A stretch of DNA of 23,526 nt from the NCBI GenBank assembly GCA_050012475.1, contig JBEKHC010000095.1, positions 1 to 23,526 on the forward strand. The letters are read 5' to 3'. Numbering within the stretch: the first letter of the stretch is position 1; each line of letters begins with the position of its first letter. Source of the DNA: Candidatus Velthaea sp. (lineage in GTDB: Bacteria > Vulcanimicrobiota > Vulcanimicrobiia > Vulcanimicrobiales > Vulcanimicrobiaceae). A program made the translations under genes and the position numbers. Under the pieces are notes generated by a model, which saw nothing but the letters and a program-made list of their open reading frames with translations, made no database searches and was not told the DNA's origin. This document shows positions 15,569-23,526 of the stretch, piece after piece.

Positions 15569-18500
15569 TTACATCCGCAGCTTCAAACTAACGAACAACT
15601 CGAAGGGCAGGGGCGAACTTGCCGAGACCGATTGCAGCGAACCGCCCAATACCGGTTCGTACGATTCAGCCGCGAATTGCTGAATCGCATCGCCCGGATT
15701 GTAGGCATTGCCGACGTAGGTTCCGGCTTGCTGGTAAGCGCAACCGAGGTTTCCGGTGCTCCACGGCACTTTGGTGCCGCCGAAGCAGCGATTGAACAGA
15801 TTCGCCCCGATTACATTGAGCGTCAGCCGTTTGGACAAGTCATAGCTGATGCTGAGGTTCGTTGCGAGCAGATTTGGTTGGACGTACTCGCCGATTCCGT
15901 CGAAGTGTCCGGTTTGCGGGTTGGGTATCGGAATGATGCCCGTGCAGCTGGATGCGTTGTACGGTGAACCCGGACCCGGTGAACCTCCCGTATAGCGCGG
16001 ATCGCCGGCCAGCGGAGAACCCAGTACCGCGCCGCACGTATCGGGCGCAATCCCCTGAACGGCGAGCGGGCTTCCGTAACGTGACCCGCCCTGAAACTGA
16101 ATCGACGGAGTGATCTTCAAAGGACCCCGTTTGTAGTTCAGAATCAACGCGGCGACATGCGGCACGATATAGCTCGTGGCAATGCCGTTGAAACCCGCCC
16201 CAAGGCTTTCGTTGTACGGAACGTAGTTGGCATTGGGGTCGAGCAACCCGGTCGGTGCTGTATTCCAATATGGATTGGCCACGGTACCGAGGCCACAAGC
16301 CGGCGCCGCAGCGCCCCCGGTGGTGTAACACGGTGAAGCAGCGGCCCCGGTGGATGTCGGACCGCACAGCGAAGACGCCGGGTTGGTGGCGCAGAATTTC
16401 GTGTAGCCGTTGAACTGCTGGATGGCTAAATTTGCCCCGGCGACGAACGATCCGCCGTTGGGGAAAACCTTGAATTTCGTCGTCGCATACGTGTACGTGT
16501 AGGCGAGTTGGGCGGCAAAGCCGTCACGGTCGAAGTTGCCCTTTGTCAGTGCAAACTCAAAGCCTTTGGTGCTCCGATTCAGGCCGTTGACGTCCGCGAT
16601 GAAGTTCGTCTTCGGATCGACCAGAATCGATACGAATTCATTGTTCGTTTGACGGAAGAAAGGAGAAAGCGAAACCTGCATGCCGGCTTGGGGAATCGCT
16701 CGTTCGATTGAAAAGTCGGTGTTGTACGATATCTCGGGCTCGACCGGTCGCGCATAGCTGTTGAAGCCGAAGTTCTCGTAGAACGGCGTACTGGGGGTCG
16801 TTGCCTGAATGTACGTTGAATCGACCGCCGACGTTTCCGCAGGTTGGGTAAACCGGCCGTACGAGGCGCGAACGACCGTGTTGGGATCGAATTGATAGGT
16901 CGCGCCGAACCGGGGCGAAAAAATGTGGGCGTAGTCGAGCCGCGCCGGGCTCACGGCGCTGAGCGCGGTCGGCGTCGAACCGGCTGGGCATGCCGTGCCC
17001 AGAGCACGCGAACTCACCGCCAATCCGCTTATGCAATGCGAGGCGTTGTAGTTGTTGACGAGAAGTTCGTTGCCCGGCGTATCGGTCTGCAGAAGGTTGT
17101 ACGTGAAGTCTTCGAGCCGCAGCGAGCCATTGATGGTGAGCCGGTCGGTCGGTTTGAAGAGGTCGCTGATCGACGCGTTGGTAAAGGCCGGCCGGACATT
17201 ATTGAGTTCGGCGTCGGCTCCGTTGTTCGTAGCCAGATATTCGCACGGCGCCCCGCCGCACGAAATCGCGTGCTCGGTTCCCACGACGGGACTCCCGGTC
17301 GTCGGGACGAGGGTCGTCGCCGACGGAAACGATCCGACCGCCACTGCCGGCAACACATATTGTGCTGCGGACGAACACCCGACGAGGACACCGGTTCCGC
17401 TATAGCAGGCCGCCGTTGGATTCGCCGAACTCACGAGGTATGCGACCGGCGAGGCAGCCGCTCCGGAGGCGGCAAGGTTGTAATTTCGCGACGAGTTGCT
17501 ATACGTGTAACCGGCGTCGAACGACAGCAGGTTTTGCGAATTGATTTGATCCGCCAGCAGCAGCCCGGTTCCGCGCGTGTGCGACGAAATCAAGTAGTCC
17601 GTCGGGAAACCCGTTACATAGCTTTGAAATAGCTGCTGCGCCCCATTGTCGATGCGATTGGAATAATTCGAGTATCCGTACACGCGTGCGTATGCGTTTG
17701 TCCCGAAATTATGTTGATATTGGAATTTTGCAATCGTGAAACCGGTCGTCTCGCTGTCCGACTGGTCGAGCGGCACCGCGGCTCCAAGCGCTCGATTCGT
17801 GCCGGATCCGGCAAAATAAGCGGTTTGCACCTTACTGAGGTTCGCTGCAGTGAGCGGAACGCCAAGCGGCCCGGTATAGTAATACTGGTCGATATACGTT
17901 GGCGCCGCCGGGCCTGCACACGTAATCGCCGCCGCTGCTGCGCCCGCAACCCCGGTATTTGCCGGACACGTGCCGCCACCGTAGGGGATGACCGTGCCGT
18001 TGGCCAGCGTCGATGTGCCGTTCAACACGTCGTTCAGCGAGCTCGCCCAAGCGATCATGGACTCGTTGGGCACATTGTACGTCTCGCCCGTATTATAGAG
18101 CAGTTGAATGTCGTCTTTGCCGCCATCATGCGGATGCGGCAGGCCGAAATGGAAGTTGGCGATCCCTTCGCGATCGTTCGTCCCCGGCAGCAGGCCCCAA
18201 TACGTGGGAGCCGTGACGTAGCCGTTGGGGCCAATCGGAAGCGCGGCGCCTTGTCCCAGGGTAATGTTGGCATTAGGCCCGTTCAAGTAACAGCCGACCG
18301 TCGGGTGTGCGGTTCCGCAGCCGCTCGCTACGAAATTGATCGTGCTGCCGTAAATGGACGTATAGCCGGCTCCGTCAAACTGATCGACGTAGCGATTGTT
18401 TTGGTTGTAGCCCAGAAATCCGGCATAATAGCTGAAGTTGCGGTTCGCGGTCGCACCGCCGGTCTCAAGACTGAATTTGTGATAGTAAGCCGGACCGCCG

Positions 18501-19291
18501 ATGCCGAGATCAGCGTTGGTGACACCGGGATACGTCCCGGTGCGAATGACCTGGTTGACGAATCCCGCAAGGCCGTTGGCCTGGGCGTCCGCCGGCTGGT
18601 TTCCCGTGTACAGTTGAATTTCGGCGTTGCCGAGATTCGAGAGCGGCGAACCGGCGTACTGGTCGAACGCGCGGTTGATCGGAATGCCGTCGATCTCGTT
18701 TCCGGTCTGCGTGTAGTCACCGCCGCGAATGTTGATCGACTGACCCCAGCCGCCTTCTGTCGTCAACGGCACCAAAGCGCCGGGCATCGAGGCAATAGCC
18801 GAATAGGCGGAGTTGAGGTTATTGCCGCCCCCCAACGGTGCAGCCGCCGCCTGCTGCGTCGGGTTGACGCTGTAGACGTCCGAAGTAACGCCATTTTTCA
18901 CCAAGCTGCCCGCGCTGCGTGACACGGTCCGCCCGATCGTCTTCAGTTCCGGAGACGTTTGCAACGTCAGCGTCTGATTTTGGTCGGCTTGCACGGTGAT
19001 GCCGGCCTGGACAGACGATGTGAAGCCGGCCTTTTCAATGGAGACCGAATAGGTATCGGGAGCGAGAGAGAGGAGGCTGAAGTGCCCGACCGCGTTCGTT
19101 AGCGTCGACAGGACCTGCGAGGGGCTCGTGGCCGTGACCTTGGCATTCGGGATGGGCGAGTGGGTCGACTTGTCGATGACCGTCCCTGAGATCGAGCCCG
19201 TCGTGCCGGCCAGAACCAATGTTCCCTGGCCGAGCAACGAGACCACAAATAGCAGGGTGACCAGCGCACGTAGGAAACGCCGTTCGTGCAT
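15569..19291 (-). CDS. TonB-dependent outer-membrane transporter, copy 3 (closest to copy 4)
   Basis: 1240 aa. Signal peptide VLA/GTTG, plug NIRGG.......IDGIPIN, barrel SPRFGATY and RASYGRF. Confidence 0.92.
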   Translation of the reverse strand: MHERRFLRALVTLLFVVSLLGQGTLVLAGTTGSISGTVIDKSTHSPIPNAKVTATSPSQVLSTLTNAVGHFSLLSLAPDTYSVSIEKAGFTSSVQAGITVQADQNQTLTLQTSPELKTIGRTVSRSAGSLVKNGVTSDVYSVNPTQQAAAAPLGGGNNLNSAYSAIASMPGALVPLTTEGGWGQSINIRGGDYTQTGNEIDGIPINRAFDQYAGSPLSNLGNAEIQLYTGNQPADAQANGLAGFVNQVIRTGTYPGVTNADLGIGGPAYYHKFSLETGGATANRNFSYYAGFLGYNQNNRYVDQFDGAGYTSIYGSTINFVASGCGTAHPTVGCYLNGPNANITLGQGAALPIGPNGYVTAPTYWGLLPGTNDREGIANFHFGLPHPHDGGKDDIQLLYNTGETYNVPNESMIAWASSLNDVLNGTSTLANGTVIPYGGGTCPANTGVAGAAAAAITCAGPAAPTYIDQYYYTGPLGVPLTAANLSKVQTAYFAGSGTNRALGAAVPLDQSDSETTGFTIAKFQYQHNFGTNAYARVYGYSNYSNRIDNGAQQLFQSYVTGFPTDYLISSHTRGTGLLLADQINSQNLLSFDAGYTYSNSSRNYNLAASGAAASPVAYLVSSANPTAACYSGTGVLVGCSSAAQYVLPAVAVGSFPSATTLVPTTGSPVVGTEHAISCGGAPCEYLATNNGADAELNNVRPAFTNASISDLFKPTDRLTINGSLRLEDFTYNLLQTDTPGNELLVNNYNASHCISGLAVSSRALGTACPAGSTPTALSAVSPARLDYAHIFSPRFGATYQFDPNTVVRASYGRFTQPAETSAVDSTYIQATTPSTPFYENFGFNSYARPVEPEISYNTDFSIERAIPQAGMQVSLSPFFRQTNNEFVSILVDPKTNFIADVNGLNRSTKGFEFALTKGNFDRDGFAAQLAYTYTYATTKFKVFPNGGSFVAGANLAIQQFNGYTKFCATNPASSLCGPTSTGAAASPCYTTGGAAAPACGLGTVANPYWNTAPTGLLDPNANYVPYNESLGAGFNGIATSYIVPHVAALILNYKRGPLKITPSIQFQGGSRYGSPLAVQGIAPDTCGAVLGSPLAGDPRYTGGSPGPGSPYNASSCTGIIPIPNPQTGHFDGIGEYVQPNLLATNLSISYDLSKRLTLNVIGANLFNRCFGGTKVPWSTGNLGCAYQQAGTYVGNAYNPGDAIQQFAAESYEPVLGGSLQSVSASSPLPFELFVSLKLRM

Positions 19292-19361
19292 TCTGTTACC
19301 TTCGAGTTACGTAAGGGAGAAACGCCCAGCTTCACAAAGGAAGCCGCGCTTACGGCCAGTT

Positions 19362-19383
19362 TTGCGGTCTCATTGCGGTCTCA
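19362..19383. repeat. Perfect 11-bp tandem direct repeat (TTGCGGTCTCA x2) upstream of TBDT copy 3
   Basis: Read directly at 19362-19372 and 19373-19383. Confidence 0.85.
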
Positions 19384-19587
19384 GCATTTTCCAATCCTTT
19401 GTACGTTGGGCTTGCGTGCCTCGGAACTCGCCAAATCTGAACCCTCGCGTGCCTTCCTGGGACCTTCGGCTCAGGCCAGTTCGCTATAGTTGGTTGCGCA
19501 CGAAATCTGGCTGTGCGGCAGCAGGCCTAGACAAGCAGCCTAGGCGCCGCTACCGTCGGATCCCCAGACGACAAAGACGGGCCGCAA

Positions 19588-22500
19588 CTAGAGGCGCAGC
19601 CGCAGATCCGCGAACAGCTCGAACGGCAGCGGCGAACTTGCCGGCACCCCTTGAAGCGTCCCGCCAATGTTCGGAACGTACGACTGGGCCGCATACGGCT
19701 GAATCGCGTCGCCCGGATTGTAGACGTTGGCGACGTACGTCGCGGCCTGACCGTACGCGCAGCCGAGATTGCCGACGCCCCAGGGGACCTTCGAGCCGCC
19801 GAAGCACCGGTTGAACAGGTTGGCGCCGATCACGTTGAGGCTCAGACGCTTGGTGAACGCATACGTGAGGCTCACGTTCGTGGCCAACAGCGTCGGCTGA
19901 ACGAACTCCCCGATCCCGTCGAAATGTCCCGTCTGGGGATTGGGGATGGGAATGACCGCCGTGCAGCTCGCCGCATTGTAAGGCGACCCGGGTCCCGGTA
20001 TGCCGCCCGCGTAGCGCGGGTCGCCGGCCAGCGGCGACGCGAGCACCGCGCCGCACGTATCGGGCGCGACGCCTTGCACCGCAAGCGGACTGCCGTACCG
20101 TGCTCCGGCCTCGATTTGGAATGACGGGGTGATCGACAGCGGACCCCGCTTGTAGTTGAGGATGAGTGACAAGACGTGCGGGACGATATAGCTGGTCGCG
20201 AGGCCGCTGACGCCCGCCCCGAGGTTTTGGTTGTACGGGATGTAATCAGCGTTGGGATCGAGCAACGCCGTGGGCGCCGCGTTCCAATACGGATTGGCGA
20301 CCGTGCCGGCGCCGCAGGCGGGAGCAGCCGCGCCGGCAGTCGTGTAACACGGCGCAGCCGGCGCGCCGCTGAACGTACTGCCGCATAGCGACGAGGTGGG
20401 GTTGGCCGCGCAGAATTTCGTGTAGCCGTTGAACTGCGCGACGGCCAAATTCGCGCCGGCCACGAAGGAGCCGCCGTTGGGAAACACTTTGAACTTCGTG
20501 GTGGCGTAGGTATACGTGTACGCCAGCTGGGCGGCAAAGCCGTCGCGATTGAAGTCGCCCTTGGTCAATGCGAGCTCGGCGCCTTTGGTCGTCCGATTCA
20601 GTCCGTTGACGTTGGCGATGAATCCCGTTTTCGGATCGATCAGGATCGAGACGAACTCGTTGGTGGTTCGGCGGTAGAACGGCGATACTTTGAGCGAAAG
20701 GCCGGCCTGCGGCATCGCATGCTCGAACGAAAAGTCGGTGTTGTACGAAATCTCCGGTTCGACCGAGCGAGCGTAACTCGGGAAGCCGAAATTCGCATAG
20801 AAGTTCGGGTCGGGCGCCGTCGACTGGAGATAGGTGGCGTCGACGGACGACGTTTCGGCCGGCTGCGTGAAGCGGCCGTACGAGGCGCGCAGGACGGTAT
20901 TGGGATCGAGCTGATACGTCGCGCCCAGCCGCGGCGAAAAGATGTGGCTGTAATCCAGCCGCGCCGGGCTCGATGCCGTCAGCGCCGTCGGCGCCGAGCC
21001 CGCCGGGCACGCGCTGCCCAGCGCACGCGACGTCACGCTCAAGCCGCTCACGCAATGCGACGCGTTGTAGTCGTTGACCAACAGTTCGTTGCCAAGCGTC
21101 TGCGTCGGCGCGAGATTATAGGTAAAATCCTCGAAGCGGAGCGAGCCGTTGAGCGTCAGCCGGTCGTTGACTTTGAACAGATCGCTGATGGAAGCATTGG
21201 TGAACGCCGGACTGACGGTGTTCAACTCCGCGTTCGCGCCGTTGTTGATCGTGAGATACTCGCACGGCGCGCCGCCGCACGAAATGGCGTGCTCGGTCCC
21301 CAGCACCGGACTGCCGGCCGTCGGCACCAGCGTCTGCGGCGAGGGATACGATCCGACGGCCACCGCCGGCAGCACGTACTGGGCCGCGTCCGCGCAGCTC
21401 GACAGCAGGCCTGAACCGCTGTAACACCCCGCCGTGGGATGTGCCGAATTCACGAGATACGCGATCGGTGACGGTGCGCCGATGAAGCTCGCCACGAAAT
21501 TGTAGTTTCGGCTCGCGTTGCTGTAGGTGTAGCCCGCGTCGAACGAGAGCAGGTGGTGCGCGTTGAGCTGATCGGCAACGACGAGCCCCGCACCTCGGGA
21601 GTGCGAGGTGACGGTGTAGTCGTTGGTGGTGCCCTCGGTGAGATCTTGATACACGCCGACCGCACCGTTGTCGATCCGATTGGAAAAATTCGAGTAGCCG
21701 TAGAGCCGGGCGTAGGCGGTCGTCCCGAAATTATGCTGGTACTGAATTTTCTCGATGCCGAAACCGGTCGTTTCGCCATCCGCTTGCGACAGCGGAATGG
21801 GCGCTCCCAGCGGACGGTTCGTGCCCGATCCCTGAGCATAACTGGTCTCGATGCGCCCCAGGTTCGCGGCCGTGAGCGGCACGCCCAATGGCCCGGTGTA
21901 ATAGTACTGATCGATATACGTCGGCAACACTGGTGCGGCACACGCGACCGGCCCAACGATCGCCGCCGCGGCAAGGGTCGTCGCCGGGCACGTCCCGCCG
22001 GCGTTGGGTACCACGGTACCGTCGGGCAGCGTCGCCGTGCCGTCGAGCACGTTGGCGAGTGCGCCGGACCAACCGATCATCGATTCGTTGGGAATGTCGA
22101 ACGTTTGGCCCGTGTCATACAGCAGCTGGATGTCGTCTTTGCCGCCGTCATGCGGGTGCGGCAGCGCGATGTGAAAGTTGGCCAAACCTTCGCGGTCGGC
22201 AATGTTGGGCAAGAAACCCCAGTACGTCGGCGCCGTCACGTAACCGTTGGGACCGACCGGCATATTGCCGAACTGATTCGCGGTCGGCCCGTTGAGATAG
22301 CATCCGGCCGCAGCGTGAACCGATCCGCAACCGGAGGCGATGTAGTTGATGGTGGAGCCGTACACCGGGGCGATTGAAACGCCATTGAACTGATCGACCC
22401 AACGCGTACTTTGGTTGTAACCCAGAAACCCCGCGTAGTAGCTGAAATTGCGGTTGGCGCTCGCGCCGCCGGTTTCGATGCTGAACTTATGATAATAGCC

Positions 22501-23295
22501 CGGGCCGCCGATGCCGAGGTCGGCGTTGCTGTAGCCCGGATACGTCCCGGTCTTGATGACTTGATTGACGAACCCCGCCAAACCGTTGGCTTGGCCGTCC
22601 GCGGGCTGGCTTCCAGTATAGACTTGCACTTCGGCGTTGCCCAGATTCGAGAGCGGCGACGCCGCATATTGATCGAAAGCGCGATTGATCGGAACGCCGT
22701 CGATCTCGTTGCCGGTTTGGGTGTAGTCGCCGCCGCGAATGTTGATCGTCTGCCCGTAGCCGCCCTTGAACGAAATCGGCACGAAGGTACCCGGAATCGA
22801 GGAGATCGCCGAGTACGCCGCATTCAAATTATTGCCGCCGCTCAGTGGGGCCGCGGCCGCCTGCTGGGTGGGCGTGATGCTGTAGACATCGGTGGTCACG
22901 CCGGCCTTGACCAGGCTGCCGCTGCTGCGCGAAACGGTGCGCCCGATCGTCTTGATCTCGGGAATGGCCTGCAGCGCGAGGACTTGCGTTTGGTCCGCCT
23001 GCACGGTCACGCCCGGTTCGACCAACGGCACGAATCCGGCTTTCTGAATCGAGATCCGATACGTTTCGGGCGCCAGCGAAAGCAACGTGAAATGCCCCGC
23101 GCTATCCGTCGTGGCCGTGGCGACTTGCGAGGGGCTCGCGGCGGTGATCTTCGCATCGCCGATCGGGGTGCCGGTTGACTTGCTGGTTACCGTGCCGGAA
23201 ATCGAACCCGTCGTTCCGGCGCTCACCAGCGTTGCGCGCCCAGCGAACGAGGCGACGAGCAAAACAGTCAAGAGCCAGGATCGAAAACACCGCAT
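19588..23295 (-). CDS. TonB-dependent outer-membrane transporter, copy 4
   Basis: 1235 aa. Signal peptide VSA/GTTG and the same plug and barrel motifs; collinear with copy 3. Confidence 0.92.
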   Translation of the reverse strand: MRCFRSWLLTVLLVASFAGRATLVSAGTTGSISGTVTSKSTGTPIGDAKITAASPSQVATATTDSAGHFTLLSLAPETYRISIQKAGFVPLVEPGVTVQADQTQVLALQAIPEIKTIGRTVSRSSGSLVKAGVTTDVYSITPTQQAAAAPLSGGNNLNAAYSAISSIPGTFVPISFKGGYGQTINIRGGDYTQTGNEIDGVPINRAFDQYAASPLSNLGNAEVQVYTGSQPADGQANGLAGFVNQVIKTGTYPGYSNADLGIGGPGYYHKFSIETGGASANRNFSYYAGFLGYNQSTRWVDQFNGVSIAPVYGSTINYIASGCGSVHAAAGCYLNGPTANQFGNMPVGPNGYVTAPTYWGFLPNIADREGLANFHIALPHPHDGGKDDIQLLYDTGQTFDIPNESMIGWSGALANVLDGTATLPDGTVVPNAGGTCPATTLAAAAIVGPVACAAPVLPTYIDQYYYTGPLGVPLTAANLGRIETSYAQGSGTNRPLGAPIPLSQADGETTGFGIEKIQYQHNFGTTAYARLYGYSNFSNRIDNGAVGVYQDLTEGTTNDYTVTSHSRGAGLVVADQLNAHHLLSFDAGYTYSNASRNYNFVASFIGAPSPIAYLVNSAHPTAGCYSGSGLLSSCADAAQYVLPAVAVGSYPSPQTLVPTAGSPVLGTEHAISCGGAPCEYLTINNGANAELNTVSPAFTNASISDLFKVNDRLTLNGSLRFEDFTYNLAPTQTLGNELLVNDYNASHCVSGLSVTSRALGSACPAGSAPTALTASSPARLDYSHIFSPRLGATYQLDPNTVLRASYGRFTQPAETSSVDATYLQSTAPDPNFYANFGFPSYARSVEPEISYNTDFSFEHAMPQAGLSLKVSPFYRRTTNEFVSILIDPKTGFIANVNGLNRTTKGAELALTKGDFNRDGFAAQLAYTYTYATTKFKVFPNGGSFVAGANLAVAQFNGYTKFCAANPTSSLCGSTFSGAPAAPCYTTAGAAAPACGAGTVANPYWNAAPTALLDPNADYIPYNQNLGAGVSGLATSYIVPHVLSLILNYKRGPLSITPSFQIEAGARYGSPLAVQGVAPDTCGAVLASPLAGDPRYAGGIPGPGSPYNAASCTAVIPIPNPQTGHFDGIGEFVQPTLLATNVSLTYAFTKRLSLNVIGANLFNRCFGGSKVPWGVGNLGCAYGQAATYVANVYNPGDAIQPYAAQSYVPNIGGTLQGVPASSPLPFELFADLRLRL

Positions 23296-23526
23296 AGCTC
23301 ACCGAACCTTCAATTTGCAAGAAGCCTGCTCCGGTTCGAAGCGAAGCGCGCCTCACTCGCTGCGCTTCAGACAGCAGACGAATTCGTTCCTTTCAGCTCG
23401 CTGAGCGAGAGAAACGGGCCCGCAATCGCCTCATCACCAAGACGGCGTGCGGTGCTATCAAAGCACGGCGATGCAAGCCTCTCCTACGAGGTCATCAGAA
23501 AAGAAAATGGCCGTGTGCGATGTTCT

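Noticed and set aside
19515..19550. Terminator after TBDT copy 4 (and hairpin 7697-7713 after copy 1)
   Set aside because: GC hairpins are present but have no adjacent U-tract, so they are not called as intrinsic terminators.
1..23526. CRISPR array, tRNA/rRNA, transposase/integrase, or reverse-transcriptase/DGR diversification of the TBDTs
   Set aside because: No regularly spaced repeats, RNA gene signatures, recombinase or RT motifs, or template/variable repeat pairs were seen.

Overview
GC-rich bacterial window with two parts. Left (1-7.7 kb): the 5' end of coaX, coaBC, a stand-alone FHA protein and a small divergent hypothetical gene. Then a minus-strand run of lexA, a cellobiose/Lac-family PTS EIIC, a YnbB-like PLP enzyme and a PilZ protein. 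A YneA-like TM+LysM gene is divergent from lexA, with two Gram-positive-type SOS boxes (GAAC-N4-GTTC) between them. Next come an AbiEii/DUF1814-type nucleotidyltransferase with no separate antitoxin gene and a small CxxC/HxxH protein. Right (7.7-23.3 kb): four tandem paralogous TonB-dependent outer-membrane transporters of about 1,210-1,240 aa, each with 8-9 closely spaced Cys pairs, no terminal aromatic residue, no intervening SusD/FecR/enzyme genes, and partly shared upstream motifs. A Firmicutes/Actinobacteria-type SOS module together with outer-membrane transporters suggests a diderm Terrabacteria lineage such as Eremiobacterota/Vulcanimicrobiota (inference). The two strongest candidates for new biology are (i) the nucleotidyltransferase, which has a C-terminal LLWD antitoxin-like module behind an A9 slippery tract, and (ii) the Cys-stapled TBDT array.
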